IMG/VR virus record: IMGVR_UViG_3300016474_000918
Span: 1-37,208 of that record
Origin: a virus
Lineage: Duplodnaviria; Caudoviricetes
Length of the DNA stretch: 37,208 nucleotides
Direction: 5' to 3' (one strand)
Shown here piece after piece: positions 32,471-37,208 of this stretch. The number at the start of each line of letters is the position of its first letter. The stretch's first letter is position 1. The translations under genes and the position numbers were made by a program. The notes under the pieces are model-generated. The model was not told the DNA's origin, made no database searches, and saw only the letters and a program-made list of their open reading frames with translations.

Positions 32471-34914
32471 TGCGCTCCCTTTCCACACCGCTGACCACCG
32501 AAGCCGCCGCCGAGCAAAGCGGCTGGGCGGAGATCCTCGACATCTACCTGAAGGAGTCGCTGACCCTGCCCGGCGACTTTGGCACGTCGGACAAGATTCG
32601 CATCAGCAACAACGGCGTGGACATCAGCTTCTTCACGCCGCAGGCCGCGCCCGAGCCCGTGGCCACGCAAGGCGATGCCGCGACCTACCGCGCGTGGATG
32701 TTCAAGCGGCAGGTTATTAAGGCCGGCACCAAGTTTGCCAACGACAAGCTCACGCTGGCCCTGTCCAACGTCAGCGCCGAGTTCGCCGACCTGCTGGAGG
32801 AGATTGACTGGCGCGGCTGCGCGATGGTCATCCGCAAGACGGCCACCACCATTGCCAGCCCCACGGCCGACGACTGCGTGACGCTCTTCACCGGCCGGAT
32901 TGACTCGGCCAAGGTCAGCCTCACGCAGGTGCAGTTCACCTGCTCGTCGGACTTCGCCACCTTCAACGACAAGCTCCCGCGCGAGACCATGCACGAGAGC
33001 TGCCGGTTTAAGTGGGCGGATGACCAATGCACGGCCAACCGCTTCGCCCCGGCGAACCTCAAGCCCAAGACCTGCGCGGCCAACTGCACCACCACGCGCC
33101 TGCTGGCTACCTACGCCGGTTACAGCGCGCAGGCGGTCACGGCGGACAGCACGACCGACAAGATCACGCTGGCGAGCCACACGTTGAGCAACGGCCACCG
33201 CGTGCGCTTCGCGGCGGCCACGATGCCTGGCGGGCTGACCGAGGGCCGTTGGTATTACGTGGTGAGCGCGGCCACGAATGACTTCAAGGTGTCCCTGACC
33301 TACGGCGGCGCGGCCGTGGACATCACCAGCAACGGCGCGTCGGTCACGGTCACCAGCGAGACTGGCTTCACCGAGGACACGGGCCAGAAACCGTGGGTGG
33401 CCGCGAGCGTCACGGCCGACGCCGGCACGGACAAGGTCGCGCTGAACAGCCACGGCCTGGCCAATGGCGACCGCGTGAAGTTCGGCGGCACGGCCGTGCC
33501 CGGCGGGCTTACGGCGGGCACGTGGTATTACGTGGTCAGCGCGGCCACGAACGACTTCAAGGTGGCCAGCACGGAAGGCGGCAGCGCCATCGACCTCACC
33601 AGCGCCGGCACGGCCGTAACGCTGGACAGCTCGGCCCCGTATGGCACCGACGAGGTGGACGCCCTGAGCACGGGCGCGGTCGTGGCCAGCAGCGAGCAGA
33701 CGGGCTACGAGGGCTACCGGGTGCGGGCGCAGAACGGCACCGGCTGGCGGTTCAGCAACAACCCCAGCAACCCGACGCCCACGGTGGATCTCTACAATCC
33801 GCACGTCAGCTTCGACCTCGGCGGCGTGGGCTACGACATCCGGCTTTGGGAGATCACCAGCAGCGTGGCCGTGGGCGATTGGGGCGCGCCGCGCGAGGCC
33901 ACGATTTACTGGTCCGACGACAACGCCACCTTTGTGCAGGCCGCCTTCGGCCGGCTCATCATCAACACCGGCTCGGGCGTGGGCACGGCGCGCATTGGCT
34001 GCAACGCGGGCGCGCACCGCTACTGGCGCGTGCAGTTCCGCAAGACCGACGGCGGGGCATTCTTGGAAGGCGTCATCGGCAAAATCCGGGCGTGGGACAA
34101 CGCAGCCGGCACGGGCACGGATCGCATTGATGCCCTGAGCGACACGATTCCCAGCACGGTCATCACGGCCAGCAGTGAGTTGGCCGGCAACGAGGCGGTC
34201 TACGTGCAATACAGCCTCAGCGGCATCTGGAAGGCCAACGCGGACGCGATCGCGCCCGAGGACCTGAACCGCTACGACTGGGGCAACAGCATCGAGGGCT
34301 ACTGGCAGATCCCCGACGCGCAGGCCGGCCTCGCCAACGTCGCGCTCAAGCCCTACGTCACGTTCGACTTCGGCTCGGCCAAGCAGCTCAAAGTCTGGCG
34401 CATCAAGAACCTGTCCGGCGTCGAACGGCAGGACATTGTGCGCGTGCTTCAGTTCCACAGCTCGGCGGCGTCCAACATGAGCGGCAGCACGCACGAGGGT
34501 AACATCGAGGTCCGCCCCGTGGCCGGCGGCTGGACCGATGTCCTGCTGCACGGCGCGCAGTCCGCGCGCTACTGGCGCATCTGCGTGCGCAACACGTGGG
34601 CCGAGGCGCTGAACTTCAAGATGATGGCCGAGGTTCGCGCCCACACGGCCAGCCGCCACTGGTGGCACAACGGCCGCGTCACCTTCGCCGCCGACACCAC
34701 GACCGCCGCGCTGCGGGGCGTCAGCCGGCGCGTGTTGGGCAGCTATTCCGGCGCGGTGGACATCGAGGCGTTGCCCGTGGCCCCGGCGGCGGGAGATCGG
34801 TTCATCATCGAGCGCGGCTGTGGCCGCACGTTCAACGAGTGCTGCGCCCGGCGGAATGAGGAGAACTTTGGCGGCTTCACCACGCTGCCCGGCGAAACTG
34901 TCTTGCGCGCATGA
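32470..34914 (+). CDS. Tail hub protein (DUF2163/BR0599-like) with inserted repeat and discoidin-like domains
   Basis: LFTGRID and CRFKWADDQC; C-terminal RGCGRTFNECCARRNEENFGGF; two internal beta repeats; two (H/R)RYWR discoidin-like domains. Confidence 0.82.
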   Translation: MRSLSTPLTTEAAAEQSGWAEILDIYLKESLTLPGDFGTSDKIRISNNGVDISFFTPQAAPEPVATQGDAATYRAWMFKRQVIKAGTKFANDKLTLALSNVSAEFADLLEEIDWRGCAMVIRKTATTIASPTADDCVTLFTGRIDSAKVSLTQVQFTCSSDFATFNDKLPRETMHESCRFKWADDQCTANRFAPANLKPKTCAANCTTTRLLATYAGYSAQAVTADSTTDKITLASHTLSNGHRVRFAAATMPGGLTEGRWYYVVSAATNDFKVSLTYGGAAVDITSNGASVTVTSETGFTEDTGQKPWVAASVTADAGTDKVALNSHGLANGDRVKFGGTAVPGGLTAGTWYYVVSAATNDFKVASTEGGSAIDLTSAGTAVTLDSSAPYGTDEVDALSTGAVVASSEQTGYEGYRVRAQNGTGWRFSNNPSNPTPTVDLYNPHVSFDLGGVGYDIRLWEITSSVAVGDWGAPREATIYWSDDNATFVQAAFGRLIINTGSGVGTARIGCNAGAHRYWRVQFRKTDGGAFLEGVIGKIRAWDNAAGTGTDRIDALSDTIPSTVITASSELAGNEAVYVQYSLSGIWKANADAIAPEDLNRYDWGNSIEGYWQIPDAQAGLANVALKPYVTFDFGSAKQLKVWRIKNLSGVERQDIVRVLQFHSSAASNMSGSTHEGNIEVRPVAGGWTDVLLHGAQSARYWRICVRNTWAEALNFKMMAEVRAHTASRHWWHNGRVTFAADTTTAALRGVSRRVLGSYSGAVDIEALPVAPAAGDRFIIERGCGRTFNECCARRNEENFGGFTTLPGETVLRA
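33130..33625 (+). repeat. Duplicated ~75-aa domain in the hub gene (approx. 33130-33355 and 33400-33625)
   Basis: VTADSTTDKITLASHTLSNGHRVRF...WYYVVSAATNDFKVS vs VTADAGTDKVALNSHGLANGDRVKF...WYYVVSAATNDFKVA. Confidence 0.85.
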
Positions 34915-36998
34915 CCGACGCCTTCATCAACCTGCCCTTCAAAGCCGGCGGCGACACCCGCGAGGGCTTGGACTGTCGCGGGTTGGTGCTGCTGTGGCTG
35001 CGCGAACGCGAGGGCCTGACCTTGCCGCCCGTGCCCAGCCACGCGCCCGAGGACGAGGTTGCCGAGCGCGCGCTGTCCGACGAACTCGGCGGCCAGGCCA
35101 AGCCGCCGGCCGTGGGGGATGTCTGCTTTTTCCGCGAGCGCAAGACCGGCAGGGTTCGCCACGTCGGCGTGTGGACCAACGAGGGCTTGCTGCACCAGAT
35201 CGGCCAGTGGGGCAGCCGCGTGGACCGGGGTTTTACGCTGCTGAACCGCACGGGCTTTGAGTTCGCCGGGTCGCTGCCGCCCACGCGCGCGCAGGCGCTG
35301 GCCGTGGCCTTGAGCGACCGCAAGCTGGGCGATCCGGTCAGCATCGGCCTGCTGGTGCTTAGCGTGGCCTTGAGCGCGGCGTCGGCCTTCCTGATGCCCA
35401 AGCCCAAGCTCGGGCAGTTCCGCAACGAGTCGGGGCGCTACGGCTTCGAGAATCTGGCCACGCAGAGCAACCCGCAGTTGCCGCTCCCTGACATTCTCGG
35501 CGCGGTCACGGTGGCCGGCAACAGCCCCTACCAGAGCCTAATCGACAAGACCCAGCCAGCCAGCGACGCCAGCCAGCAACGGGTCAACAAGGTGGTTATC
35601 CTCGGCAGCGGGCCATTCACCGCCATCGACTACCAGGGCAACGTCATCAAGATCAATGGCCGCGACTACCGCGACACCTTTTGGCATCCGTCCGGCATTG
35701 CCCTCGATCCCGCCCAAACCAAGGCCGAGGCCGTGGACGGCGACATCAGCGGTGAGCACGCCCGGCCCTCGATCAGCGTGTATCTGGGCACCCACGGCAT
35801 CAGCGTGCCCGTGGACGTGCGCGCCCAATACGACCGCAACTTCCCGATCTACGGCTTCAATGGGTGTGCCTACTTGGTCTTCCGGCTGATTGACTCGGCC
35901 AAATTCCCGCAGTTCAACCTGACGGTCACGCCCAAGGGCCGCAGCTTCCGCACGTTCAACGCCAGCGGCTTCATCACCGCCACCAGCACGAGCGAGGCCG
36001 TGGGCACCGGCGACGGCAGCACGGTGCGGTTCAAGCTGGACTACGAGGACATCGCCAGCGTGAGCAGCGTCACGGTCGGCGGCACGACTTACACCGAGGC
36101 CAGCGAGGATCAGCCAGCCGGCACGGTCTACCGGATCAACCGGCTGAAGGGCTACCTGGAGTTCTTCACCGCGCCCGCAGCCGCGGCCGCCGTCGTGGCC
36201 ACCTACACCTACTACGTGCGCGCATGGAGCCAGAACCCGGCCGTTCAGACCGCCTACCTGCTGACCGAGGAAGTGCGGGGCAAGGGCTTTGACGAGGACA
36301 AGCTCGACTGGGCTGCCTTCGCCGCCGAGCAGACCCACAACGACGAGCAGGTGCTGTGGGCTGGCGCGTCCGGGCAGGTCATCGAGGCCCGCAACCAGTC
36401 CGACTACGCGGTGGATTTCCGCCGGCCCGTGCAGGAACACCTGCGCGCCATCCGCGACGCGGCCTACGGCTACCTGTTCCTCAGCAACGGCAAGTTCGTG
36501 GCCAAGGCCCGGACGTCTGGCACCAGCGTCTTCAGCTTCACCTCGGCCAACATCCTGCGCGACAGTTTCAGCGCGGAATTGATGGACAGAAGCGGCCTTG
36601 CAAACCGTGTGCGCGTCAATTTCAGACCCCTTGCAACCTACAATGCCGAGGCCTCCGTGGTGCGCGAAAATGAGGAAGACCAGCGCGCGCGGGCGGACTT
36701 TGGCAGCACTGACGGCGTGACCGAGGAGGCTTTACAGATGGAAGCGGTCACCCGTGAGTCCCACGCCGAGCGCCTGGCCGAGCAGGCTCTGCGCGAGAAC
36801 GTCGGGCTGTCGTGGGTCTGCCAGTTCACCACCACCACCAAGGGCCTCGCCCTGGAACCCGGCGACATCGTGGACGTGACGCACCCGGCCAAGCCCTCCT
36901 GGTCTGCCAAGCTCATGCGCATCGAGGACATCGCGCTCGACTCAGAGGACCGGCTGAAGCTGACCCTGAGCGAGCACAGCAGCAGCTGCTACATCTAG
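34911..36998 (+). CDS. NlpC/P60 domain fused to a tail tip (J-like/Tal) protein
   Basis: GLDCRGLV and HVGVW...LLH (NlpC/P60); NPAV, NRVRVNF and LEPGDIVDVTH tail-tip motifs. Confidence 0.82.
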   Translation: MTDAFINLPFKAGGDTREGLDCRGLVLLWLREREGLTLPPVPSHAPEDEVAERALSDELGGQAKPPAVGDVCFFRERKTGRVRHVGVWTNEGLLHQIGQWGSRVDRGFTLLNRTGFEFAGSLPPTRAQALAVALSDRKLGDPVSIGLLVLSVALSAASAFLMPKPKLGQFRNESGRYGFENLATQSNPQLPLPDILGAVTVAGNSPYQSLIDKTQPASDASQQRVNKVVILGSGPFTAIDYQGNVIKINGRDYRDTFWHPSGIALDPAQTKAEAVDGDISGEHARPSISVYLGTHGISVPVDVRAQYDRNFPIYGFNGCAYLVFRLIDSAKFPQFNLTVTPKGRSFRTFNASGFITATSTSEAVGTGDGSTVRFKLDYEDIASVSSVTVGGTTYTEASEDQPAGTVYRINRLKGYLEFFTAPAAAAAVVATYTYYVRAWSQNPAVQTAYLLTEEVRGKGFDEDKLDWAAFAAEQTHNDEQVLWAGASGQVIEARNQSDYAVDFRRPVQEHLRAIRDAAYGYLFLSNGKFVAKARTSGTSVFSFTSANILRDSFSAELMDRSGLANRVRVNFRPLATYNAEASVVRENEEDQRARADFGSTDGVTEEALQMEAVTRESHAERLAEQALRENVGLSWVCQFTTTTKGLALEPGDIVDVTHPAKPSWSAKLMRIEDIALDSEDRLKLTLSEHSSSCYI

Positions 36999-37034
36999 TG
37001 TCCAAAAGTTCCGCCGACGTGTCCAAAGTCTGGC
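36999..37034 (-). repeat. Right-end putative transposase-binding sites R2 (36999-37014) and R1 (37020-37034)
   Basis: Reverse complements GCGGAACTTTTGGACA and GCCAGACTTTGGACA match the left-end sites. Confidence 0.78.
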
Positions 37035-37040
37035 GGGCTG

Positions 37041-37208
37041 TTACTCTTCCCGGCGTGCGGCGATGATTGAGGCGGCCATGGAGCCGAGTATGATGGCGAG
37101 GACGATTGTCAGGGAGACGCCGGAGCGGATGTGAATGGCCCAGAACCCCAGCAGCATCTTAACGCCGATGAAGACCAGCACGACGGAGAGTCCGACCTTC
37201 AGGTAGCG
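37041..37208 (-). CDS. terC: Host TerC/Alx-family membrane protein, C-terminal part (partial)
   Basis: Manual translation RYLKVGLSVVLVFIGVKMLL...GVSLTIVLAIILGSMAASIIAARREE*; YLKxGLxxVLxFIGxKML is the TerC signature. Confidence 0.8.
   Translation of the reverse strand, partial: RYLKVGLSVVLVFIGVKMLLGFWAIHIRSGVSLTIVLAIILGSMAASIIAARREE

Larger units (their letters stand above)
644..37045. mobile_element. Mu-like transposable prophage with a siphovirus-type tail
   Basis: Transposase + MuB ATPase + Gam + GemA-like genes, Mu gp28-type terminase and a full head/tail set. Begins with TG at 644 and has related ACTTT(T)GGACA sites inverted at both ends. The exact right terminus is uncertain by a few bp. 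Confidence 0.93.

Noticed and set aside
33130-33625. Internal duplication as a TR/VR pair or recombination cassette
   Set aside because: An in-frame protein domain duplication with mostly synonymous or conservative differences.

Overview
Near-complete transposable (Mu-type) prophage of about 36.4 kb (approx. 644-37045). Its left flank is a 5'-truncated host D-lactate dehydrogenase gene and its right flank is the 3' end of a TerC-family gene. The early/transposition module (DDE transposase, MuB-like ATPase, Gam, GemA-like, DnaA-CTD protein) runs leftward from a central switch made of two divergent ribbon-helix-helix proteins. The late module (Mu-type terminase, HK97-type portal/protease/capsid, non-contractile tail) runs rightward. 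The most striking feature is a complete integron inside the phage early operon: an IntI-type integrase, an attI-like site and two cassettes with well-formed attC sites. The cassette ORFs are inverted relative to the usual integron layout, start inside the attC loops, and are co-oriented with the phage early genes and the integrase; one encodes an amino-methyltransferase. Other notable items are a minimal Pol X, three post-capsid proteins with signal peptides, central repeats resembling the end-binding sites, a 29-bp motif before two late operons, two families of heptamer tandem repeats, mismatched host flanks and no recognisable endolysin. The host is possibly Verrucomicrobiota (inference only). 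All calls are from motif reading by eye; no database searches were run.
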